Source: Ylistrum balloti (taxonomy: Eukaryota). Taken from it: a stretch of DNA of 64,000 nt. The notes under the pieces are model-generated. The model was not told the DNA's origin. It was given only the letters and a program-made list of their open reading frames with translations, and ran no database searches. Position numbers and translations under genes: made by a program. Each line of letters opens with the position of its first letter. Position 1 is the first letter of the stretch. Shown one piece after another: positions 26,301 through 37,800 of the stretch. The stretch is taken from positions 186,001-250,000 of the forward strand of contig NW_026782140.1 of the NCBI RefSeq assembly GCF_031769215.1. The letters are read 5' to 3'.

Positions 26301-28538
26301 GCTTGTCCGCCTACAGACCAGCCTTTCCCACAGACATGTGTAGTGGGTGACCCCTCGATTGCCTTTGATGGTCTTGCCATTGAAAGAGCTATTGTGAGCT
26401 TGCTGCCTTACACAGCCTATGAGTTTCAAATCCAGGCAGAGAATGAGGCTGGTTATGTTGACTTTCCTACCTGGGTCCGGGCAGAGACTATGCCTACAGG
26501 TATTCAGTATTAAAATTATCAATTAGATGATATAGAATTATCATCCAAAGAAAGAAAAACTTGTTTTATTGCACCAGCTATATGTTTTTTGTCTCTTGGA
26601 AAATTTGAGGAAACGTTTTTTATCATTTTGACATCTAAAGCCAAGTATATTGCCTATCTTTACAGATTGAGCTCGTATACAATGTAAAATCCTTCCTATA
26701 TCAGTGCATGTATTGATATAATGCTATAAAACAATTATTTCTTCAGCCCCACAATATGTGAAGTTTCCACTCTTGTACATGAATGGTACAACAGCAGTGT
26801 TTGATTGGCTGCTCAGTTTTAACCTCCAGGGGGAGCTTCGGGAGTTCATCCTCCTGGTGGATGGTCGTGTGGTGTTTCGCGGAGTCAGCTTCCTACATCA
26901 ACTTCCAAACATTGAGCAGGACAGAAGTAAGGCACTTGTACAACTCATACAAACAATATCTTAAATGGAGGATATTTGATTGTTTCAGTATATTACAAGC
27001 TAAACCTAATCAATGATTATGATACAAGCATAATGTAGTGATTTTCCCATTGCAGCAATGGAGTTTGTGATTGCAGCTATAACAGAGACAGGACAGGTTG
27101 AGTCACCTGCGATTATCTTTGACCCCAATTCCATTGACAACATAGGCACTACCCCTCAGCCTACCTCTCGCCCAGTGCTCCTCGTCCAAAAGATGTTCTA
27201 CCAAGAGGTCTGGTTCATTGTTCTCCTTGTACTTATCACTGTCCTCCTCATCTTTATCATCATTGCTCTTTGTCTTCGTCACATTCATGGACGACGCCCC
27301 TACATTCGCGAGCGCACACCACTTCGTCCACGACATAGAAAGGAGTCACAACCATTTACATTTAGTAGCAGTGATGACAGCATATTTGAAACAGTAAGTT
27401 GCAGAACATAAGAGACATAATGTATTTAAATAACTGAACATTTTCTTGGAGGGAAGGTAAGGGGAACTGGACTGGAGTGTAAAGATGATTTTGTTAACAT
27501 TGCATTGTTTACATCATAGATATGAAACGGTTATCAAATGGTAGACGTGATGGTCACTGTATGACCAGAGGATTGTCAGAGTGAGCGATTTTCAAATAAT
27601 CAAGACCATTGGGCCACTTTTTGGCATTATAATGAAAATGTCTTATTTTTAGGAAATGTCTGGTAGACCTTACCACCCAAGCAAGCCAGGTCACATATAT
27701 AACTCACGAGGGGATGGAATTACAAACCCTGTGTACAGTAACAGGCGCATGATGCATTTAAACTCAAGTCCAGAATCCTCCTCATCCAGATCAAAATATG
27801 AGGACGATTTTGATGATGCATTAGATGATGATGACATAGATTACCTCTGGAAGAAGGGAAGAGGAAGCACTCTGGTAAGATGGTAACCAATATGTAGAGT
27901 GTTTAGTAAGATATTCCAATATTTGTAAGCATATGTATGGAGCTACAGATCTGGAAAAACACTCAGAGAGTTTTAACCTGATCACTTCCCAAATTAAAAT
28001 AACAAAATATTTTACTTTCCTGAGAAAATTTTTCAGATTAGTAGTTTCATGAAATCATTCCATCAGCTGATGACAATCAATGATAGATTGATCAATTTGA
28101 AAATATCTTAAATGAAGTTGTTTTCTTTTATAACAGTATAGTAACATTTTATAACAGTAACATTTTATAACAGTTATAACAGTACAGTAACATTTTATAA
28201 CAGTACGGTAACATTTCATAACAGTATAGTAACATTTTATAACAGTATAGTAACATTTTATAACAGTAACATTTTATAACAGTTATAACAGTACGGTAAC
28301 ATTTTATAACAGTACGGTAACATTTTATAACAGTACGGTAACGTTTCATAACAGTATAGTAACATTTTATAACAGTATTGTAACATTTTATAACAGTAAA
28401 GTAATATTTCACTACTTCGTGTTGTTTTTTGATAACTCTTTACTATTTTAGTTTGGTGAGGAAGATGATGACAGTGCTGACCTACCAGCCTATAGCATTA
28501 CAAAGGAGCAGACAGTGTTTACAGATACTCACCTCTGA
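2305..28538 (+). CDS. USH2A: Usherin (USH2A ortholog), 3' half; gene continues upstream of window
   Basis: 27 exons with GT-AG sites and consistent phases: 2305-2441, 3466-3601, 5126-5422, 5657-5875, 6227-6418, 6590-6835, 8624-8836, 11207-11409, 12002-12210, 12641-12886, 13360-13490, 13662-13849, 14589-14739, 15146-15352, 16153-16350, 17209-17363, 18369-18570, 20268-20375, 20864-23857, 24246-24445, 25336-25431, 25763-26007, 26279-26499, 26747-26926, 27056-27393, 27653-27874, 28452-28538 (8021 nt). Encodes serial FN3 repeats (W..P..PNG.I..Y; ACT.GGC), a CCG-rich segment, one TM helix and C-terminal KEQTVFTDTHL*, matching the human usherin end FTDTHL. Confidence 0.95.
2429..3110. repeat. Minisatellite, 40-bp unit containing the exon end and 5' splice donor
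   Basis: GTGTTCAGAGTCTCG|GTAAGTACACGTGTACCAAGTCTGT, 17 copies at 40-bp spacing from 2441 to 3081. Confidence 0.97.
3737..4895 (+). mobile_element. Non-autonomous pogo-like (Tc1/mariner superfamily) DNA transposon
   Basis: TA flanks at 3735-3736 and 4896-4897. 27-bp TIRs CTGTAAATATTCGCATATAGTGCGCAC / CCGTAAATATTCGCGTATAGTGCACAC (3 mismatches). Frameshifted N-terminal transposase remnant about 4250-4560: DYAERLEFRAAGRHFDIPE*NIK and ELFNFVCDRRYPGIAASTTELRVRAMQI...ASVGWAVRFMNR (CENP-B-type HTH). Confidence 0.85.
6925..8205. repeat. Minisatellite, 42-43-bp unit
   Basis: CTGTTATACTAGATAAGATATTGGGTATTCCTTTCCCTGTTGT, about 30 copies. Confidence 0.97.
9091..9965. repeat. Minisatellite, 57-bp unit
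   Basis: CAATACTGACACAGGC(A/T)TCAGATGGAGGTAACT..., about 15 copies with a gradient of variants. Confidence 0.95.
10370..10560 (+). mobile_element. Possible degenerate LINE ORF2 C-terminal remnant
   Basis: LKYWFKLRNSDSCILKACYK resembles KYW.KL....NCILKACY tails of invertebrate LINEs; weak. Confidence 0.3.
12641..15352 (+). CDS. USH2A: USH2A cysteine-rich region exons (5 exons)
   Basis: Translations such as VCCDGVLHDSQLGFECCGQDY, QVCCGDKLYDGYNQQCCGG, EKCCGLETISNNLECC sit between FN3 repeats, as in the usherin Cys-rich domain. Confidence 0.9.
14205..14500. repeat. Degenerate about 21-bp minisatellite
   Basis: TATGATGTTTGACCTTTACTG-like units. Confidence 0.85.
15570..16180. repeat. Tandem repeat, 89-bp unit containing a 3' splice acceptor and exon start
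   Basis: ...ATAAATGACAG|ATGATGAGCTGACTCCCTACTCCACA..., 7 copies with the AG at 15618, 15707, ..., 16152. Confidence 0.96.
16328..16490. repeat. 81-bp tandem duplication spanning an exon end/donor
   Basis: GAAACTGCCACAAAATCCAAATG|GTTAGT... at 16328 and 16409. Confidence 0.9.
17640..18200 (+). mobile_element. Degenerate Penelope-like retroelement RT C-terminal remnant
   Basis: Frameshifted pieces STNLYDKCD, NFPFPDG and PSGVYMSQ*IQYSRTCSQYHDF resemble the LYDKRDDF..VNFP..YGVYISQLIRYSRAC motif of invertebrate PLE-like RTs. Confidence 0.5.
18830..19880. repeat. AT-rich minisatellite, about 25-29-bp unit
   Basis: TTGTTTTGTATGTGATTGTATTTA(TTTA)A units. Confidence 0.95.
20531..20761 (-). mobile_element. 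Possible Tx1/L1-clade LINE ORF2 C-terminal remnant
   Basis: TWYNNSILSNEKGTFYHK...FFIRKLLNKEIYYSF resembles the IWYN..I....FF.K.W....I.DLL motif; weak. Confidence 0.35.
20864..23857 (+). CDS. USH2A: USH2A giant 2994-bp exon encoding about 10 FN3 repeats
   Basis: ORF 20818-23886; acceptor tttccag at 20863, donor gtaaat at 23858; uninterrupted FN3 repeats. Confidence 0.93.
24855..25255. repeat. Minisatellite, 25-bp unit
   Basis: CAGGATTCAACATGTAGATTTCGTT, about 16 copies. Confidence 0.95.
27056..27393 (+). CDS. USH2A: USH2A transmembrane exon
   Basis: FYQEVWFIVLLVLITVLLIFIIIALCL hydrophobic helix followed by basic RHIHGRRPYIRER. Confidence 0.9.
28125..28410. repeat. Degenerate about 21-bp minisatellite
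   Basis: AACATTTTATAACAGTA(C/T)(G/A)GT units just before the last USH2A acceptor. Confidence 0.9.
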
Positions 28539-28665
28539 CCTGTAACCTGGACAGATTCTCATTAACAATCGTATTGTGACTGCTGTAGACAATGTTTACA
28601 GATACTCACCTCTGACCTGTAACCTGGACAGATTCTCATTAACAATCTTATAGTGACTGCTGTAT
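28512..28665. repeat. 77-bp tandem duplication of the USH2A C-terminal codons, stop and start of 3'UTR
   Basis: ACA(G/A)TGTTTACAGATACTCACCTCTGACCTGTAACCTGGACAGATTCTCATTAACAATC at 28512 and 28589. Confidence 0.92.
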
Positions 28666-29059
28666 GAGTTACTGCATTTAGAATACTGAAGGCAGAAAAC
28701 ATGTATAACCTTGATAGTGACATTATATTACTCCACAACATTGAATGATATGAATATTTATGCATTTATAGATATTTACATGCAAGGAAGAACCTCCTTA
28801 ATGTGTGATGAATGATTCAAATTAATGAAAACTCAAGCTTTCTACTTGAGGGGAAATTCTGTCATCACCTTACACTCTTCATTGTTACTATGTATGTAAA
28901 CTCAGCTCATGGTGGGAAATTGATACTCTATGCAATGCTATGGTTATTTAAATGTATTCTAAACTTTACGTTGATGCATATTCAGTGTATAGAAGTTTAC
29001 ATGGCGTGTTTTATTACGGTTCACACCTGAGATACTGATACACAATCTTAATCATTATG

Positions 29060-32000
29060 TCCGTCCATTTGTCTGTCCACCAGTTCAGTTAGAAATACCC
29101 TATAGTGATCACTCTGTCTGTCCACCAGTTCAGTTAGATACCCTATAGTGATCACTCTGTCTGTCCACCAGTTCAGTAAGAGATACCCTATAGTGATCAC
29201 TCTGTCCACCAGTTCAGTTAGATACCCTATAGTGATCACTCTGTCTGTCCACCAGTTCAGTTAGAGATACCCTATAGTGATCACTCTGTCCACCAGTTCA
29301 GTTAGATACTCTATAGTGATCACTCTGTCTGTCCACCAGTTCAGTAAGAGATACCCTATAGTGATCACTCTGTCTGTCCACCAGTTCAGTTAGATACCCT
29401 ATAGTGATCACTCTGTCTGTCCACCAGTTCAGTTAGATACCCTATAGTGATCACTCTGTCTGTCCACCAGTTCAGTAAGAGATACCCTATAGTGATCACT
29501 CTGTCTGTCCACCAGTTCAGTTAGAGATACCCTATAGGGATCACTCTGTCTGTCCACCAGTTCAGTTAGATACCCTATAGTGATCACTCTGTCTGTCCAC
29601 CAGTTCAGTTAGAAATACCCTATAGTGATCACTCTGTCTGTCCACCAGTTCAGTTAGATACCCTATAGTGATCACTCTGTCTGTCCACCAGTTCAGTCCA
29701 CCAGTTCAGATACCCTATAGTGATCACTCTGTCTGTCCACCAGTTCAGTATAGATACCCTATCAGTGATCACTCTGTCTGTCCACCAGTTCAGTTAGAGA
29801 TACCCTATAGTGATCACTCTGTCTGTCCACCAGTTCAGTTAGATACCCTATAGTGATCACTCTGTCTGTCCACCAGTTCACCAGTGATCACTCTGTCTGT
29901 CCACCAGAGATACCCTATAGTGATCACTCTGTCTGTCCACCAGTTCAGTTAGATACCCTATAGTGATCACTCTGTCTGTCCACCAGTTCAGTTAGATACC
30001 CTATAGTGATCACTCTGCCTGTCCACCAGTTCAGTTAGATACCCTATAGTGATCACTCTGTCTGTCCACCAGTTCAGTTAGATACCCTATAGTGATCACT
30101 CTGTCTGTCCACCAGTTCAGTTAGAGATACCCTATAGTGATCACTCTGTCTGTCCACCAGTTCAGTTAGAGATACCCTATAGTGATCACTCTGTCTGTCC
30201 ACCAGTTCAGTAAGAGATACCCTATAGTGATCACTCTGTCTGTCCACCAGTTCAGTTAGATACCCTATAGTGATCACTCTGTCTGTCCACCAGTTCAGTT
30301 AGATACCCTATAGTGATCACTCTGTCTGTCCACCAGTTCAGTAAGAGATACCCTATAGTGATCACTCTGTCTGTCCACCAGTTCAGTTAGAGATACCCTA
30401 TAGTGATCACTCTGTCTGTACACCAGTTCAGTAAGAGATATCCTATAGTGATCACTCTGTCTGTCCACCAGTTCAGTTAGATACCCTATAGTGATCACTC
30501 TGTCTGTCCACCAGTTCAGTTAGATACCCTATAGTGATCACTCTGTCTGTCCACCAGTTCAGTAAGAGATACCCTATAGTGATCACTCTGTCTGTCCACC
30601 AGTTCAGTTAGATACCCTATAGTGATCACTCTGTCCACCAGTTCAGTAAGAGATACCCTATAGTGATCACTCTGTCCACCAGTTCAGTTAGATACCCTAT
30701 AGTGATCACTCTGTCTGTCCACCAGTTCAGTTAGATACCCTATAGTGATCACTCTGTCTGTCCACCAGTTCAGTTAGATACCCTATAGTGATCACTCTGT
30801 CTGTCCACCAGTTCAGTTAGATACCCTATAGTGATCACTCTGTCTGTCCACCAGTTCAGTTAGATACCCTATAGACACTATATTGTTATCACTCTCTGTC
30901 CACCAGTTCAGATAGAGATACCCTATAGTGATCACTCTGTCTGTCCACCAGTTCAGTTAGATACCCTATAGTGATCACTCTGTCTGTCCACCAGTTCAGT
31001 TAGATACCCTATAGTGATCACTCTGTCTGTCCACCAGTTCAGTTAGATACCCTATAGTGATCACTCTGTCTGTCCACCAGTTCAGTTAGATACCCTATAG
31101 TGATCACTCTGTCTGTCCACCAGTTCAGTTAGATACCCTATAGTGATCACTCTGTCTGTCCACCAGTTCAGTTAGATACCCTATAGTGATCACTCTGTCT
31201 GTCCACCAGTTCAGTTCAGTTAGATACCCTATAGTGATCACAGTTAGATACCCTATAGTGATCACTCTGTCTGTCCACCAGTTCAGTTAGATACCCTATA
31301 GTGATCACTCTGTCTGTCCACCAGTTCAGTTAGAGATACCCTATAGTGATCACTCTGTCTGTCCACCAGTTCAGTTAGATACCCTATAGTGATCACTCTG
31401 TCTGTACCCTATAGTGATCACTCTGTCTGTCCACCAGTTCAGTTAGATACCCTATAGTGATCACTCTGTCTGTCCACCAGTTCAGTTAGATACCCTATAG
31501 TGATCACTCTGTCTGTCCACCAGTTCAGTTAGATACCCTATAGTGATCACTCTGTCTGTCCACCAGTTCAGTTAGATACCCTATAGTGATCACTCTGTCT
31601 GTCCACCAGTTCAGTTAGAGATACCCTATAGTGATCACTCTGTCTGTCCACCAGTTCAGTTAGATACCCTATAGTGATCACTCTGTCCACCATCCCCTAT
31701 AGTGATCACTCTGTCCACCAGTTCAGTTAGATACCCTATAGTGATCACTCTGTCTGTCCACCAGTTCAGTTAGAGATACCCTATAGTGATCACTCTGTCT
31801 GTCCACCAGTTCAGTTAGATACCCTATAGTGATCACTCTGTCTGTCCACCAGTTCAGTTAGATACCCTATAGTGATCACTCTGTCCACCAGTTCAGTTAG
31901 ATACCCTATAGTGATCACTCTGTCTGTCCACCAGTTCAGTTAGATACCCTATAGTGATCACTCTGTCTGTCCACCAGTTCAGTTAGATACCCTATAGTGA

Positions 32001-32450
32001 TTACTCTGTCTGTCCACCAGTTCAGTTAGATACCCTATAGCGATCACTCTGTCTGTCCACCAGTTCAGTTAGATACCCTATAGTGATCACTCTGTCTGTC
32101 CACCAGTTCAGTTAGATACCCTATAGTGATCACTCTGTCTGTCCACCAGTTCAGTTAGATACCCTATAGTGATCACTCTGTCTGTCCACCAGTTCAGTTA
32201 GATACCCTATAGTGATCACTCTGTCTGTCCACCAGTTCAGTTAGATACCCTATAGTGATCACTCTGTCTGTCCACCAGTTCAGTTAGATACCCTATAGTG
32301 ATCACTCTGTCTGTCCACCAGTTCAGTAAGAGATACCCTATAGTGATCACTCTGTCTGTCCACCAGTTCAGTAAGAGATACCCTATAGTGATCACTCTGT
32401 CTGTCCACCAGTTCAGTTAGAGATACCCTATAGTGATCACTGTCCACCAT
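29060..32450. repeat. 3.4-kb minisatellite, 43-bp unit (39/45-bp variants)
   Basis: GATACCCTATAGTGATCACTCTGTCTGTCCACCAGTTCAGTTA, roughly 80 copies. Confidence 0.98.
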
Positions 32451-32964
32451 TTTACAAGAAATTTTGAAGAATTACGTACTGTTATATTCATGTTTATGTA
32501 ATGGAGGTTACCTGAGTAAACAAGTAAATGATGTTAATATGTTTCTAAAAATAGAACATGAACTTTTATTGTCAAGTACTGGGGTTACATTACTTACACC
32601 ACATCACCTGTGCATATTAAGGACCTAAATATGTCTCCACCACTTGTCTAGATCAAACTCTTCACCCATTTTTATGTCGGCCAAGTCAGTAGATTTGTGA
32701 ATAGTGTACAGAGGACCAAAACTACATTTTATGTGACCTACCATGACTGTGAAACCAGGTATGTATGTAGATGTCACCAACTTCACAACATACCTGTGAT
32801 GATAATTCAACACATCAGTCCAACATCCCAAAGTACCAGTATGACCTATCATATCTGTAAAAGTTATGTATGATACCTGGAATGTTAACCATACATACAT
32901 CTATATATGGAGAGAAAAAGCCTGTAGAGGTGGCCACCAGTATGCATAAAAAAGGATGACTCAG

Positions 32965-33220
32965 CTCACCTGTAAAGGTGACTTGATACACCTGTAAAGG
33001 TGACTTGATACACCTGCAAAGGTGACTTGATACACCTGTAAAGGTGACTATGCATGCTTGTAAGTGTGACCCATCACACCTGTAAAGGTGACTTGATACA
33101 CCTGTAAAGGTGACTATGCACTCTTGTAAGTGTGACCCATCACACCTGTAAAGGTGACTTGATACACCTGTAAAGGTGACTATGCACTCTTGTAAGTGTG
33201 ACCCATCACACCTGTAAAGA
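32965..33220. repeat. Compound tandem repeat built on CACCTGTAAAGGTG
   Basis: 22-bp CACCTGTAAAGGTGACTTGATA units interleaved with longer variants; CACCT/AGGTG inverted core. Confidence 0.85.
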
Positions 33221-34821
33221 TGATTCAGCATACTTCAAAATATGATGAATGCAGGACTACTGATGTTTGATATAATGTTTATTTCCAGTTTTTAACTCAG
33301 GTATCAAGAGAAACAGGTCAGAGAACTGTGTGGGCTTTTAGTTTGTATCTAAGCACAATATCTTTAAAAATACTGTAAGAAAACTTTTATGAATACTTTC
33401 CCATGCAATTTTTACACTGCCAAATCAGGAATGACACATGTTTATCCTGATCAATGAATATTGCTCAGAAGTTCACTGTGATTTTACATCATCGAAGACC
33501 ATCAGTAGAATGTTTACAATTAATAGATTAATACACATGGTTAAGCTTTTTGTGTGTTTATATAAAACTGCAAAGGGAGATAATCAAATTTCATAAAAAT
33601 TTCGCGATTTTATGAGCATATCAACTATTTATGTAATAACTGTACATTTATACAAGGAGAGTAATGTGAAGTTTACATGTCTTAACAATGAATTGAATCA
33701 CTTTTGGAATATAATCTGGTATTATGTACAGCTATCGTTAATTTGTCAAATTGTGTTGTATCTTTTTTAATGAACATTTTATGTAACAACTACATTCCAC
33801 GATATATTTATTTAAATGATATTGTTTATAATAAAATGTTTTTCAACCATGTCTATTTGTTATATACATTGATACAATTTTTAGTCCTGACTCCTGTGCA
33901 CGCCACTATGGATGGATGGTGATACATTAGCACTGTTCCTGATGGACACAATAGACAGGTGAACTCTAGAGACAGTACACAGACAATACACATAATGACA
34001 GAGACGTTATCATCACAGCCATTATCAATCATATGCTCTACATCAGTACTTCTGTCAACAACATTTACACGGAGCTACTTCACTGACTTTGGATTGCTTT
34101 AGATTAAAAGTTAAAATTACTATACACAGAACTGATAGAGATTTAAACAATACTTCTGCATCTTTAAACCTTCTTTGTGTTTTTTGTTTATAAAATAAAA
34201 CTTTATTATCACCTCTCAGGTTTTCTTTAACTTTGTGCAGTTACATCAACAATCCATTGGTAAAGTATATAAATAATACCTAAAAACAGATTATGGATTC
34301 AACACAGTTTTGTAATTTTGTCATAAAATCTTATGTTACAAAAACAGCAGGGCTTTAAACACAGGAGACGCACCGAAATATTCTTCATATTTAATATTTA
34401 ACAAGAAAATCAGTAGAGAGATTTTGCCCCTCAAAAATATCATTGGTCTTGGCTATTGGTCAGTTGGTCTTAGCTTTTATTATGAAGTGAAGTTATCGTA
34501 CACATGTGAGAAAGTCTTATCTCAGGGTGATTTACTCAAATATCCATTCTGATTTCATTACATAATTGAAAAAACAGCTCAACAATTTTCACATGTCCAA
34601 GTAACTTTATATAACTGTCCTTTAGACACAATCAAAATATCATTGACAGTGCATACAAACATACATGAATGTTTCGTAAGTTTCAACTTTTTTTTTTCTT
34701 TTTCTTTTTTCCTCAATTTGAACACGACTTCCCTGTCAAACTTTTCCATAAATTTATCTTTGTGTTGAATCGGCATGATGTAATGTTGAGGTAAACGCCT
34801 TTTCATATAAGACTGGTCTGG

Positions 34822-37800
34822 TCAGAAATAGATGGGAGTAGTGACATATGTACAATCTGGAGAATGGGTGTCATCTATTGCATCCATGCTTGGGTAAAGG
34901 TAGAACCTGTCACCAAGGCCCATCAGCAGGCCAGCATTTCCCTCCTCTCCTGCCCACCGCTCTGAATAAGCCACTGTGGGGATAAAATCCTGTGCAAGAG
35001 CGGATGGAGGTGGTATGGTCCTCATTAATGCTCCTGTCTTAAGACACCAGAATCTGATGTAACCATCAGAGTCAGCTGTTAAATGACAAAAAAAGAAAAT
35101 ACATAGACTTGACCCAATACTAATACATGGATGCCAGGTAATTATTTCAGACAACTAAGCATTAATTAACTGCCAAGGGCTGGCAATAATGCTGTAAGTG
35201 AATGTGCTGCAAATACATGACTCGAATGACAAAACTTAGCAAGTTCACATCCTACTGACACAAAAAGATATATTAGAGTGCAAAGCTGTATCATTGTGTT
35301 GATATATTTTACTGAAAGCATCCTCAGGGGAAGTTTGTCTAAAAATCCTGTGAAAAGGGCTTAGATCCCAAGGCCACAACACTAGAAATCTTAATAATAA
35401 TAATAATAATAACAATAATAATTTGACTTGCAAATAAACATTATTCTGAATAAAAATATTTTTTTGCCACAATGACTTAGGTGAAATTTTATTTTATTTT
35501 TCTATGGGATGATTCATAAAGGAAACATCTGTACTAAAAAATTTCTTATCCTTAATCTGTGAAATTGTTTGCTACACATATTACAAACAAACTGAACTTG
35601 CCTCCATAAACAAATCGTTCCTGGTCATCCACATGGATGGGTATACATTGATACTGGTTTTTTAAGCCTTGGTATTGCTGAACAACTTTCCTCATTCGAA
35701 GGTCCCATAGACACACCTACAAAATAAAGTGATAGCTGATATGGTCCTATCCTTATTATACTTTCAGGTCATAGAGCACACAACAGTACTGAGGAGGTCT
35801 GTCTCTTACTGTTTTTGTAAAGTGCATCAAAATATAGAATTAAGAAACCAATCGCTACATGATGTACATAACATTACATCCATATGTCAGTACTACACTG
35901 AACAACCTAAATGGACACCAACGATTGCTTGCATGTTACTTGATATAAAGGTGAAACGTTCAACAATGTTATTTTCACATATTTTTTCTTTTTTTCTCTT
36001 ACAGATACATGTCTGATTAACATTAAGTTTACAATGACAATATTCCTATAGGTGTGGAAACATTCAGTCACACCAACATGTGTACAAGTTCAAATGTCCA
36101 CAGCCATCAGATAGTACAGACTACAGGAAGTCTACATTACATCTAACAAAATATAACAAAGGTGTACATACTTTGCCATGAACATCACTAGCTAGTAGTT
36201 TGGTATCATCCTGAAACAGTCGTAGACTACAGACACTACAGGACTGGCTCATGCTTGTAGTAGGGCGTGTGGATACACTGCGTAGGTCATGTGACAAGAT
36301 CTGGTTCTTCCGTGTCCCAGAGTACAGACAATAGCGAGTCTGAAGTATGCAACAGACATCTGACAAAATTGTTTTCTGCACTAGCACAGTAACGATAAAT
36401 ACTTTTATGTATTACAATAATAATCTTACAATATCATCAATAGAGGCACTGTATTAAATGCTTACTTCAGCTGATGTATTTTAATTATTATGGTAGTCAT
36501 CTTGAAAGCCAAACTATATTTAACAAAATTGTGGTGAGCAGCCTTACCGAACATATCCTTAATGTTGCATTAATTATTAAGTTTCATAGTCAGAATCTAA
36601 AATAGACACAAGTGACATTCTTTGCTTGATAAAGTTTGAATTATGACATGCAAAACAATAACTTATATTGAATATAATAATAAAGATTGAGGTAGGTCCA
36701 ATTAAAAGTTGAGGTATGGTAGCAAAAGTAGTGTTTATGGAACTGACTCAGAGTTTAATTGAAGTAAAACAACGAGGTAGGTTTAATAGGTAACACATTC
36801 CACGCATTCTCTCCCATCTTACCTTCAGATCCAAAATCCATGTCAGGGGTCCTTACTGAAAGTCTTACCTTTGTGTCAAATATCTGTACAAGTGGATCAC
36901 TATTATAGGTGTTTAGTTCCCAGAGACGCCTGGTTTCCACATCGAGAAGAAGACCACATTTCTCACTACCTACACTGAAGTTCTGTCCCTGTGTATTCCA
37001 GGCACAGGTCCATGTACACTTGTGACCCAGACTAAACTCAAGGTCATTTTCTCTGTCTGAAGTTTGAGGAAATTGACGTATCCTAGCCATGCTCACTTCA
37101 TCACCGACCCATGTGAAGGACATGGTGGTAAACAGAACATGTCTACCTCTATTGTTGCCATAGTTACGTTTCAGGTCAGCCCAACATAAATTTGTCACTT
37201 TGTTCCAGATGACTAAAGAAGAAAATTCTGGAGACTCTATATTGACACTTAACCGACTCTGAATATTTGTACGCTTGTCTCTCTTTATATCTAACATCTG
37301 AATATTGTAATTACTTATTTCCTGTTTGCTCCAAAGTCCAAGAACACAATCTGTATTTTCACTAACCACCATTTTATGAACATGTTCTAGTTTACTATAA
37401 GTTGGTTGAATCCGGCTGACAAGTCTTTGACAACCAGCAGGAGTTGAATTAATGTTGGAAATTCTTTTAAAGGCAAACAAATGATCAAATTTTTGTACTG
37501 ATATTACACCACCGCATAAATCATTCAATAGATGAGGTAGATCTGTGCAGCTTTTTACTCCTAAAGTCTTAACTCTTGATGATCTATGTTTTTCATACGA
37601 TTCTCGACAGGATATTTCTTTTAAACGAAGTTGTTCCTTTTCCTTCCTTTGAATTGTCTCTCTTGTCACTGTGCTACTGCTGGTGCTGTTGTGGTTTGGC
37701 TGGATGCGAAAGTACTTTCTCTTCTCTGCATCAAAATAAAAGCCTGGTATATCTGCACAATAGTCAAGGAATCCTCAGATAACGACTATGAATTTATATC

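Noticed and set aside
29060-32450. CRISPR-like regular repeats; CCCTATAGTGA match to the T7 promoter reverse complement and a tetO-like variant
   Set aside because: No unique spacers and no cas genes in a eukaryotic context; the 11-bp match is followed by non-T7 sequence, so it is chance rather than vector contamination.
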